Shown here: piece by piece, positions 1 to 12,034 of the stretch
Layout of the letters: each line of letters starts with the position of its first letter
Numbering within the stretch: position 1 is the first letter of the stretch
NCBI RefSeq assembly: GCF_009914755.1
Contig: NC_060926.1
Strand: one strand, 5' to 3'
DNA: 64,000 bases
DNA from: the human T2T-CHM13v2.0 reference genome, Homo sapiens
The notes under the pieces: generated by a model
Databases searched by the model: none
Told to the model about the DNA's origin: nothing
The model's input: only the letters and a program-made list of their open reading frames with translations
Program-made: the position numbers and the translations under genes

Positions 1-1320
1 GGCAGAAAATAAGTTGGAGAAATAAGATTTTTGTTCTTTCTATTTGTAATGACCCTGTGGTATCCCTAGATAAAGTATTAGAAAATGACTGGTTATTTTT
101 CTCTCCCTAGGTGGAGAGAGTGAATGATGAGAAAACTATGAGAAAATCTCTTGGGCTTGCTTCAGAGGCTGCTGTGTGCAGAACAGAGAGAGAAGGTGGT
201 AGCTTACTCTGGTCCTCAGGGCAACAGCCATTGCATGGAGGAAGAAAAGAGGGGCTGTGGCCAGTCCTGAATCTGGGAAGGTGTTGTCCAGAATTCCTGA
301 CCACCACAGAACATCCCTTCCTGATGTGTGAGGTGGAGCTATGTGGCCTGAGTTAGGGGCAATGGTTTCAGAAAGCTGAAGTGGAAACAATGCTGGATTG
401 GAAAAAGTCAGAAAACTCTAGAGAAGACTGCATTTGTGCTCTCTGTGGTCTTCCTGCTGTAATGTTCCAGGCCAGGATTGGTTCTTCTGGGTATAAGTCA
501 TGAGGGGATTCAACCTGCACCTGGAAAGAAGGTATCAAGCTAGGGATGGGGAGAAATTACCCAGGGCAATCCAGTGCTGGGGATTACACAATGAAAAGTC
601 CCTTAGACAGCAGTGTGGTGGATACTTCCACCAACATTCATTCAGTAAATATCTTCTGGTGACCTGGTATGGATCTTTTAATTCTGAGGCAATCACAGAG
701 ATGGCAGGTCACCAGTAGTTTCTAACTGAAGGTGGTAGTAACTGGCAATGCATTGCTTTAGGACTGTAGGCATTACAGCTATTTTTTTCAATATGAACTT
801 TATAATGTAGAACTAAGACCCCAGAAAAACCTCATAGATATAAAATTTTCCTCTCTAGCTATTGATGTCATTTTATTTACTTATTTATTTTTGTTTGGTT
901 TGATTTGGTTATGGGTTAGCAATCTGAAAGCAGTTACCATTACTAATTCTAAAAATGGATTCAAAATAGGAACACTTCCAAATTAGAAGCATTTTTTTAA
1001 AAGGAGTCTGAATTCAAAAGTCTGACTTTATCTTTATCAAATGCTTTTGGCAATGTTGAAGAAATCTTCTGGGAGAAATGTAATAAACATTTCTTGGAGG
1101 GACAGCATAGAGTGCAAACATCTCAAACGTGATTCACTTGCATTTTCTGAACAATGCTTTTGCCTACTCTGAGCTGTTGGTTCCAGTATTTGGAGTTCTC
1201 ATGACAGAAATCCAAAACCACTTCTAGATTCTTCTCCTCCATGACCACCCTAATGTTATTCATGCACTTGCTTTGCACAAACACCTCTTTCTGTGATAAA
1301 ACCTGGAACCTGAAATCAAT

Positions 1321-1362
1321 GAATACAGACAACACAATAGCACTTGAACTTCTGACTTTATT
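1321..1362 (-). terminator. Polyadenylation signal AATAAA (1357-1362) with downstream GU-rich element
   Basis: Minus strand reads AATAAA, ~17 nt, then ATTGTGTTGTCTGT. Confidence 0.85.
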
Positions 1363-1632
1363 ATTTTTCTTCAAATGAACAGGTGATAAAACACTGTGTC
1401 CAAAGCAAAATGCATGACTCCCTTTTCTCTTCTTTCACAGAGTACCAGAAAATGTAAACAATATTTAGCTTGAACTTCTGAGTCCTCATCTTTTTTTTAA
1501 CAGCCTTTAGAACAACATTAATTTGTTTGTTTATACTAGCATTTTACAACATAAAAAATAAAATAAGCAAACTGTCTGAGGGGTTTATATAAGGTTTTCA
1601 GATTCTGATACAGGCTTGCATCTGCATCGTTT
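1340..1632 (-). other. FAP: FAP 3'UTR (~290 nt; 3' end approximate)
   Basis: Lies between the stop codon and the poly(A) signal with its downstream GU-rich tract. Confidence 0.85.
1453..1460 (-). promoter_or_regulatory. miR-30-5p family 8mer seed site (UGUUUACA) in the FAP 3'UTR
   Basis: Plus strand TGTAAACA is the miR-30 seed match with the A1 anchor, in AU-rich context. Confidence 0.65.
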
Positions 1633-1734
1633 TTAGTCTGACAAAGAGAAACACTGCTTTAGGAAGTGGGTCATGTGGGTGTATAAGTGGTTCGTGGACA
1701 GGCCGGATAAGCCGTGGTTCTGGTCAGAGTACCA
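1633..1734 (-). CDS. FAP: FAP exon 26 coding part (102 nt): WYSDQNHGLSGLSTNHLYTHMTHFLKQCFSLSD*; catalytic His734 at 1714-1716
   Basis: Acceptor gtttcag; TAA stop at 1633-1635. Confidence 0.98.
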   Translation of the reverse strand, partial: WYSDQNHGLSGLSTNHLYTHMTHFLKQCFSLSD

Positions 1735-2429
1735 CTGAAACACAAAGAAAAAAGCTTGTTTTATTCCTGCAGTCATCAAATGCATTTAGCTTGGACTTTT
1801 TTGTGCTCTCAGGACCTGATAATCTTTCTATTATGGGGAAACTGTACCTAAGAACACTCAAATAAGTAAAATAGCTTACATGTAAATATTTACAGCAGGA
1901 AGAGCTTTCGTTAACCTCCACTACTGTTTCACATGCTTTAAACATATTTTAGATCTCAGTGGCTGAGATCTCGCATCATCCAGCATCCTGGAAGATCAGG
2001 ATCAGGCATCAGAGTTGCCAGAAGTGATGCACTGGGTCTGTTAATTTTGCTTCTTTGGAGTCTGGTTTCTTCATTTGAAAAACAAAGGGGTTGGAGTTGA
2101 TTTTCCCTAAGATTCCTTGTAGCTCAAAAATTCCATGAGGCTTTCAGCCTGTGAATCTAATTCCTCTCTGTTGCAGAAAATCCACAATATAATGTATTCA
2201 TATATAGCCATAAACACCCTTTATAGGAGTTAAAAATAGCATTTTTAAAAAGTGAAAGATAGTATTTTAACTTTAAACTTCACTCTTGGAGAGATACCAC
2301 TAAGATTATTGCTTTCACTGAATAAAGGTATCAGTGGTCACGATGTAATAATATATATTTACTAAGTTGAATTTACTTTGGGGATCACAATAAAAAAGGT
2401 CAGAAAAAGCTCACCTCCCTCTTTGTATA

Positions 2430-2735
2430 TTTTTAAAAATTTGATATATAATAGTTGTGTATCTTTTTGGGGGTACAGTGATATTTTGATAGCTGAATAC
2501 AATGTGTAATGATCAAATCAAGATAACTGAAATACCCATCACCTCAAACAAATTTCCTTTTATGTTGGGAAAATTATAATTATTCTCTTCCAGCTATTTT
2601 GAATTATACAATCAATTATCATTGACCATAATTTCCCTACTGTACTTTCAAATACTAGAACTTATTTTTTTCTGTCTTTTGTACCCCTTAACCAACTTCT
2701 TCTTATACCCCCTCCCCCATTTCTTTCCCAGTCAG
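2430..2735 (-). mobile_element. L1 3'-end fragment (L1M/L1MA-like); boundaries approximate
   Basis: Resembles antisense L1MA 3'UTR (ggggtaca..gtgatattttgata..aatgatcaaatca..ccatcacctcaaaca). Confidence 0.65.
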
Positions 2736-3464
2736 TACATTTTTTAAAAACAAATGTTGAAAAGATGGGGGTCTCCTTTTCGGGGTTCTTGTTCAACTTA
2801 AGCAATTGAGGGAGCATTTGTGAGAGGAAAAGGTAGCTACCAAGAATGCTGCCCCGCCCCCAACTTTGGCTTTCACTTTATTTTCTTTTCTGGTTCAATT
2901 TCTCATTCCTCAAGCAACCTGGATTTTACATTTAGCTAATTCATTCATTCACTCAGTAAGAAGCTGAGCATCTGTGATAAGCCAGGTGTATGCCAGGGGA
3001 TGAGAATACATAGGTGAAAAGTTCTCTAACCACAAATGGAGCCATATGATTTCAGGGAGCCTTGGAGGTTTGTGATGACATTCTGCAACTGCTTCTTACT
3101 GAACAAACAGAATCTTCTAGCTGTTTAAGGATGCTCAGGTTTTGCAGGGACTCTAAGCATATAATTGCACTTATTCACATAGGATTTCAGAACTACTGGA
3201 TGTTTGAACTAGAAGATCATTTAATCTTGTGAACTCCTTTATTTTACATGACTCAACTGGGAACACGAGAGGTGATCTGGTTTGCCTCGGGTCCTTCAGT
3301 AGTTAAAGAAAGATCCAAGATTCATTTGCTAATGTTCTGCCTACTCTATCCTGCAGCCTCTTTGTCAGATTTTACTTTAAAAGTTAAAAAAAATAAAAAT
3401 ATGAACCCCTCCTTTTAGCTTGAGGGTCTAAGGCCATGAACATGAGTAAAACAAAATTATGTAC

Positions 3465-3538
3465 CATTGCCTGGAAATCCACTTGTGCATTAACCAGAGC
3501 TTTAGCAATCTGTGCTGAGTTTTGAAAGTGCACATTAT
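3465..3538 (-). CDS. FAP: FAP exon 25 (74 nt): (D)NVHFQNSAQIAKALVNAQVDFQAM
   Basis: Peptide visible in ORF 3384..3626; AG/GT boundaries. Confidence 0.98.
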
Positions 3539-3794
3539 CTGCAACAAAGAGAGAGAGAGTTAAAGTGCTGCTAAATACCAGAAAGCATAGAGTGACAATG
3601 TACTGCCTGGAAATGAACACCAACAATTATCTAGTCATGCATTTGACATTGTCAGCAGTGAGTAATCACACTCAGATATGGAAATGTCCCTGACTCTTAG
3701 GTACTGACCCTGAGCATAGGCATAGGAGGATGCTTAATGTTTCTTAAACAAAGTGATGCTGGCTCAGTATTTTTATGTGTAAGAGTCTTGCTTA

Positions 3795-3893
<99 letters not shown>

Positions 3894-4376
3894 TTAACAT
3901 TTTAGTTGCTGCAAGTTCTAATAGAAAACTAGCTAAATCATTGTGCAATGGACTTAGCACCAATACTGAAATTATGTATTGCTTTGCTTGATAAATATTT
4001 AAGAGTCAGAGCAACACATTTTCATCATCATTTGCATTACTTCCATCTGATTCTTAGTTTGAAAAACTGAAAGTTTATGTGTCATATGTTACATATGAGT
4101 GAGACCTTAGGCATAAATGATGCCCGCTCAAGCTGTGTAGGGGTTGGGGGTGGGGAGGAAGATTGGGAAAAGAGAGGTTAGGGAAGGGAGGATGGGAAAA
4201 GAAAGAACAGAATCCAAAAGGAGTAAAACCCTTTCTAGTGATGTGTTTTGCAATTAACAAAAGATGATATTTGCTTGGGGGCCCAGAATTAAAACTGTAA
4301 ATTCTGAACTACTGCTTTTAAGTTATTTAGCATATTAGAAATTAATTATTAACCTAAATAAAATGGAAACACTTAC

Positions 4377-4441
4377 CTTATAGTGCTCAAGATTATCATC
4401 CTTTGTTGGGAGACCCATGAATCTCTCTGTGTAGACAGACG
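4377..4441 (-). CDS. FAP: FAP exon 23 (65 nt): (A)SVYTERFMGLPTKDDNLEHYK
   Basis: YTERFMG motif; donor AAG|gtaagt. Confidence 0.98.
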
Positions 4442-5476
4442 CTATAAAATATATGAGAATATGCATTGTTTGCATGTGACGAATGTCATTTCATTAACCA
4501 ACAAGACCTTCTAGTTTAATAACTGTTTCTCAATTTTCCCATCTTGAGCTCTTGAGGTAAATTCTTGCTTTACTTTGCTATAATGGTTGGCCTCAAAGAA
4601 TATGTGTCATCTCTGCAATTAGCCTCAATAGAGCTAGAGAAGTATGAAGGAAGAGATTATGGAAACAGGAGCATCTAAACATTTTCTTTCTATGACTATT
4701 CTTAATATTTTTCACTTCTACCCTCCTAGGGAAGAATGTTGAAGTAGGAATGACCTGTAGAATGGTCTCAATATATTTTAAAGAAAATCACAAATCCAGC
4801 CATCTTTAGGACTTTTACTGGTGTCTTATTTCATCTGGGATGAAAATATGTCCCTCAAATCTATTCCCCCTACACACGTACATAGATGCACACACTTTTT
4901 TTCTTAATCAAGATCCCCTACAAGTCACAATTGTTTTATTTCTGCCCCAATATAGAGGAGAGAATCTGATGAAGCTAATTTTTGTAAAATTATTAGAGTT
5001 ATTTTGTATAATTATTAGAATTCCTTCCAAATAATCATCCTGCATTGATGTAATGATAAAAATAGGCACAAACAGGAGTATTTCTCCAACAAAGTTTTTG
5101 TTTCTTTGATTTCTGGAGCAATGGAACTGGCAATTGCTAACTGTGGCGTGGAGGTGAACTGCTTGGCCTCTGGCCTGACCGTGCTGAAGATGTGCTTAAA
5201 AGCCAATTATGCTGTAGCTGTGTGCCTGCAAAAACAGAGTTAGCTCTGATTTTAAAGATTTGGTTCGGCAGGGGCTCAAGGTTTCTGGGAGAAAATAAGA
5301 TATAGTGGATTATGGATGAGCCTTTCCTCACTCTTGAGATTTCATTGATTGTTACAACATGTTTATAATAAATGATATAAACAACTTTGTTTATAAATTA
5401 TATTTTCCCCAGTGATGCTGGGGTGAATTTTACTGCATAATCCATTTTTCTAGCAACATCAGATATAGAGTAATTA

Positions 5477-5641
<165 letters not shown>

Positions 5642-8019
5642 TCAGACTCAGATTTACTTTCATAAGCTTTCCTCCATATGTTTATAGCAACTCTACTCAC
5701 AATCCGGACTGAAGGGAGCTGGAGAATATGGCTAAGGGTGGATTACATGTCTATCTTGCATCCTCGGCAGCAAGCTTCAGATAAATGACCAGACATAATG
5801 GTAATTTCTTCCCTAATTCATTAGAAATACTTGGTGTGCTGATCAGAACAGACCCTCTTAAAACATGGTAGGAGCAGTTTAAGAGATAGACAGAATTTCA
5901 ATTTTCTTTTGCAAAAAAAAAATTCTCATTTTTTTCTCTATATCTTTCCAACTAGGACCATGCTGGAACAAAAACAAGATTTTACTTGAAAGAGATGCAC
6001 AGAAAAAAAATTACCAAAATTTAAATGTAAGATACATCCTCGCAGTTTGCAAAAGTTCTGTGAGGCAGAACATGTATCTTTGTATTTACTTATTTATTTT
6101 CACAACAGAATACCAAAGGAAGGCCATAAGAACTTTTTGGATAATTTAAGACATGGCCATAGTTTGTGTATGATGTAGTGGTACATGTTCTAAGGATTTC
6201 TGACATAGCAGCTCAAAGGAGGAAAAGTCATTGGTGTCTTTAAAAACCTTATATTTCTTCCTGCAAATTTAAGGAAAAGGAAATAAATACAAAACAGGAT
6301 GCAATTTGCAGAGTCAGGAGTAAGTTTAGCTCTCATAGATTTTCTTCTCCAAGGAATCAAGAGGTGATTCAGAAATGGGATCCTGTTAAGAGAAAGAGAT
6401 CTCTGCCCATGTCACATGGAAATTTGAACCTTTTCTTAAATATGAAGAAATGAACAGGGCATCCAAATAAGGTTGCACTGCCTCGTGAGAAGCAAGTTTG
6501 GTCTGTACAAACATGCTGTGAGAGAGGTGCTTCTCCTGGGAACGTGGACTAAGCAGTTGTCTGGGACATGGACCAAAAAAAAATGTGTGCACTAGATTAG
6601 GAAGTGACTCTCTGTGTTTATTCTTGCCCTGATGCAAGAACGTCCCTAAAAATCATAAGGGGACAGTGTGACTCTCCAGCTAAAGCCATACCATGTTTTT
6701 AGGACCTTATGACCACAGATTTCTGGGAATCACTTCCCTCAGATCAGGATAGATCATATCATCTTTACCAGAGAAAGTCATTCTTTAGACAGGGAGAATG
6801 AGTGACAGTGTGAGAAAGAGAGAGAGAGAGAGGTAGACAGACATGGTGCTGGTAATAGGTCAGTGGCAGAGGTCTATTTTTAATTCATGAAATGCATGGA
6901 ATGGGAGAATCAGCTAAATAATCTTGCTGAATCTAACAGTTAAATGAAGAATTCTCAAACTAATTTACAGTTCTTTGTTTTTAGCTCTGGGGTATTTTAT
7001 TGAAGACCTTTAGCTACAAAACACAGAATAAAAGAGGGGGCTCAGATTGTACCATGGCCTCTTTTTATTATACTTGGAGGAGAACTGAACCATGTTTTAA
7101 TAGGGAAAAAGTATATTTTAAAAACAGAAGATACATTTGGGTTTGAAAATCCTTATTGCAAGTGAAAATTCTCTGTCTGGTTTAAACTTTCACTTATAAT
7201 TTAAAAAAATGACTTATTTTGATTAGCAGGTTTGCAGCAACTCCTGCTGAAATGGGAAGGCTTTCCTTCCTTCTGAATTTCAAGTTCAAATGAGAGCAGA
7301 GTAAGCCAGAGACCTTTAGAAAAAAATTATTATCATTTATGGTTTTATTGGCAAAGTGTGTTTACTGCAAGTAAAAATACTGGGTCCTGCTTCTCCTTTC
7401 CTATGCCCCAGAGAAGGAAATAAAGTGAGACTTGACATTAAAATAAAAGCCTTTGTATATCATGAAAAGGTTTTTGAATATTTCTGCTAAAAATCTTAGG
7501 AATTATTAATCTGTATCTATTCAGTCATTGGGTGATAGTGTTGTATTTAAATAAAGCTTTCCTGTTTTCAGAATGAATATAAATTTTCTCTGGGAATTTG
7601 TAAGAGCAAAAGCGACTGTATCAGCAGCACAACAAAAGAAGGTGTACTTTAAATTCTCGGGCAGCTTGGAAAAGCTATTCCTATTGTAGAAATGAAGAGG
7701 GGGAAAAAAGAAAACCCGAGTTGACTTTTTCCTGCCCCCCCTCCATGAGTGGGGCTCCCAGGCAGAGTGGGTGGCTGTTGCAAGAAAAGAACCCACAGAG
7801 CAGATTGGCCATGAGAATTCTGGAATTTTGTCCTTTGCACTTAGACGCCTTGCCATTTTGTTTAAATGAGGGATATCTTTAAAAACATTCTTAGAAGGGC
7901 ACAGGATTTTGAAGGAGGGTTTACGAAACACTCTTATTTGAGGCATAATGCACACTGGAACATTTTACCTATAGGCAATAATAATAACTAGCTAACATTT
8001 ATGTGGTCAGGGTTATTGC

Positions 8020-8510
8020 AATGGCCTTTATGGTCTCACACAATCTGTCTCCATTCTCCCACCTCACTTCTCCCCTTCCTTTCTCTTCCCCTTGCTCACT
8101 GGCTCTCTTGACGTTCTTTGAACTCTCCAAGCATGATCTGGCCTCAGGACGTTTGCAAATGCTGTGACCTTCTGCCTGGAATGCTCTTTCCACAGACACT
8201 GGCATGCCTCACTTCCTCTCCTCTTCAAAGTCAAATGTCATCTCAAATGAGCCTTCTTTGCCATTCTGATTTAAAATTGTACCAACTTGCACCATTCCTC
8301 TTTCTTGTTTTGTCTTTTTCCATAGCGCTTAACGTCATTTAACACTCTCTATATTTTACTTATTTATCTTGTTTATTGTCTTTCTCTCCAACCATTCCCA
8401 ACTCCATAAGGGTAGATATTTTTGTCTGTCCTGTCAATGAATGTAGCCCAGCACTGAAAATATGGCCTGACACACAATAGGAATAGAATAAATATTTGTT
8501 GAGTATATGA
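8020..8510 (+). mobile_element. L2 3' fragment, followed by a MIR fragment at ~8525-8690
   Basis: tgcctggaatgctctt motif and aataaatatttgttga terminus; MIR core gaggaaactgaggctcagag. Confidence 0.65.
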
Positions 8511-8997
8511 CTTTGCTATTACTTTGTGCAATCCTCACGGTGTCTTGGTGAGGAAATTATTGCTGCATTTCACAATGAGGAAACTGAGGCTCAGAGTAAA
8601 CTTATAGTGGCTATGGAGTCAGTAAGCAGCAGAGCTGGGACTCAAACTCAGGACACTTGTCTCAGCAACCCATGCCCCTTCCTCTGTATCCCTATACTTA
8701 GGGCAACCTCTTTCGGGGAAACTGTAAGTTCAGAGTCTAATATAGTCTCATTAGAGGTGCATTTGTCCTACTTTTACATCGTTGATCACACATAGCAATT
8801 CAAATTACTTATAATTAGTCACTGGGAGAGAAAGGAACTAAGATTAAATCATGAACTAATGCTTATTCAACACCACCTGGCTAGGCCTATATTAACAAAG
8901 CGAAGCCCAGAAATGAGGCTGTTATTCTAATAATTTAAGCAAAACCCTCGCTGCTCTTCAATTGTCAGAATAATTGTGTTGAGTTTTCATTGCATAT

Positions 8998-9206
8998 CAG
9001 GGTTTTGCAACTCTGACACTATTGACAGTTTGGGATGGATAATTCTTTGTTATAGGGGGCTGTCCTATGTATCACAGGATGTTTAACAGCATCCCTGGCC
9101 TCTACCCACTAGATGCCAGTAGCACTCCCCCAGCGTGACAATTAAAAATGCCTCCAGACGTTGTCAAATGTCCCAAGGAGCAAAATCGCCCGGTTAACAA
9201 CCACTG
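8998..9206 (-). mobile_element. MER20 (hAT-Charlie DNA transposon), near full length
   Basis: Termini cagggtt...aaccactg; internal gcatccctggcctctacccactagatgccagtagca. Confidence 0.88.
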
Positions 9207-10380
9207 CCATAAACTGATACTTCTTAGGCACTGTGGTGGGCACATAGTGAATATTTATCAAGGGACTAAAACCAGGGCTAGTGGGCTTTGTTTTATGTGA
9301 GCCAGAAAATGAAAGGGGAAGATAAAAGGGTTTATTCCCCATTTCTTGAACTCGATAATGGAGAGTAATGTGGGATTTGGAGCTTATTGACCAATTGACT
9401 CCAAAAAATTTTGTTGGGTGCGATGTATTTCCCAAACTCCTATACTGTCTAATACTTCATGGAAACACATATATTCTTCCCTAATACAAAACGCAATAAG
9501 AGCTAAGTAAACCTCATGGTAATTTTCAATGTCTTTCTCTTTTCCATCTCCAATTTCCCACAGGTCCCTGCTTATTATATTGTATAAGAGCACACACAGA
9601 TATGACCTCTTCCAACTGCTACTTCACTGACTAATTCAGGCCTTTGATATCTGTCCCTGGTATTACTACTCTCCTAGCCCCTTGGCCCATCCTCTCCCCA
9701 AATCTCAGATTATCCTCCACTTTGCAGCCAAGATTATCTTTCTAAGACACCAATACCTTGCCCTATTGACTTCAAGAGCACTTTAAAAATTGATGTCCAT
9801 AGAAAACATTGTCAATATGTGTTCTGGGATGGTGGAGGAATAAGGAATTGTGGAATCAAATACTTTTTGGTAATACTGTGTTAAACAAAACTTGACAGGT
9901 TTTTTTTTTTTTTTTTTGCTAGTCTTTCTAGAGCCTATATACACTATTACATAGAATTTGTGATTTGCCAAATTATTAGACTATAGGACATTTTCCTGAA
10001 AAATCTCCTGGTACTAGTGGGACACATTTGAGGGGAGACATTGATTTATAGGATTAAAGTCAGTTTAAACAACATCATAGATGCTTGCTGTGGCCAAGCA
10101 TTGTGCTAAACAAACACAATTCTAGCTTTGGGCTCAGAAACAAAGCTAAAATGAGACACAGTCCATTCCTTTGATGAACTTACATTCTTATGAGAGAAAC
10201 TAACAGACAGACAAGACACAACATGGTAATTCCTATAAGAGAAATGCAAAGAGCTACTGGAGCACAAAGAAAATAATATGTAAGTTGAATCTTAAAGAGC
10301 AAGTGTGAGTTATCCATTTGGGAGTGAGGAAAAGGTGGGGAATGGAAGAAGAGAATGGACATTGCAGATGCGAGAAATAG

Positions 10381-10756
<376 letters not shown>

Positions 10757-11014
10757 ATAATTTAAATTACTTAAGGTACAGGGAGAAGTGGCAAGAGATG
10801 AGATTGGAAAACTAAGCTGGAGTCAGACTGCCAAAGGCCTTGCATGCCAGGAAAGGTATCTGGGCTTTGTGTTGCAGGCAATGCAGAGTCCTATAAAATA
10901 CATAAGCAGAAAAGCCACACAGTAAAAATTGTTTTGGAACGATAACTTCATTAACCACATTGGAGCTTGTGAAGCCAAAGCAGGAGGACAGGTAAGAAGC
11001 AATTAGAATAAATT

Positions 11015-11178
11015 GAAGTGCGAAACCTGTGGTCCATGGACCCAAACATCAGCATTACCTGGGGTCTTGTTGGAAATGCACTCTCAGGCCCCACCCCAGA
11101 AGCACAGACTCAGAATCTCTGGTGTCTTAACAAGCTCTCCAGGTGATGTTTGTGCAAGCTAAAGTTTGAGAATTTCTG
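11015..11178 (+). mobile_element. MER5A-like hAT element
   Basis: catcagcattacctggg..ctcaggccccaccccaga..ttaacaagctctccaggtgat..aaagtttgagaa. Confidence 0.75.
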
Positions 11179-11629
11179 GCTTAAATTACAAATGGAGAAA
11201 CTCAAACTAAGGCAGTGTCAGTAGGGATGATGAGAACAGACTTTGATGTTTAAAGGTAGAATTGACAGAACTTACTAATCAATGGAATGTTGAAGTCAGG
11301 AACAGGAACAGGGGGAGGTTGAAAACAGCTCTCAGATTTCGAATTTGGGTGAATAAGTGTGTGGAGAAGCCTTAATGAAGATTAAGACTTGTTTTAAAAT
11401 AGGCTTTAACAAGTTTACCTTAGGCGTAAGTTAAGTTTGAGGTCCATGTGAGACATGTGGGAGAGATGATCAGCAGGCATTTGAAACATGGAGCACAGAA
11501 GAGAGGTGTGTGCTGGTGCCAGGGATCTGGAAGTCATCATCATCTTTGACACCACAAGGGTTTGCCGAAGGAAAGGAAGACTAATGAGGGTCAAGGCGAG
11601 ATCCAGACCCAGAAAAACACCAATACTTA

Positions 11630-12034
<405 letters not shown>

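Noticed and set aside
7521-7955. Longest ORF in the track (144 aa, minus strand)
   Set aside because: Intronic, no recognisable domain and no supporting gene structure; length is within chance for 64 kb in six frames.
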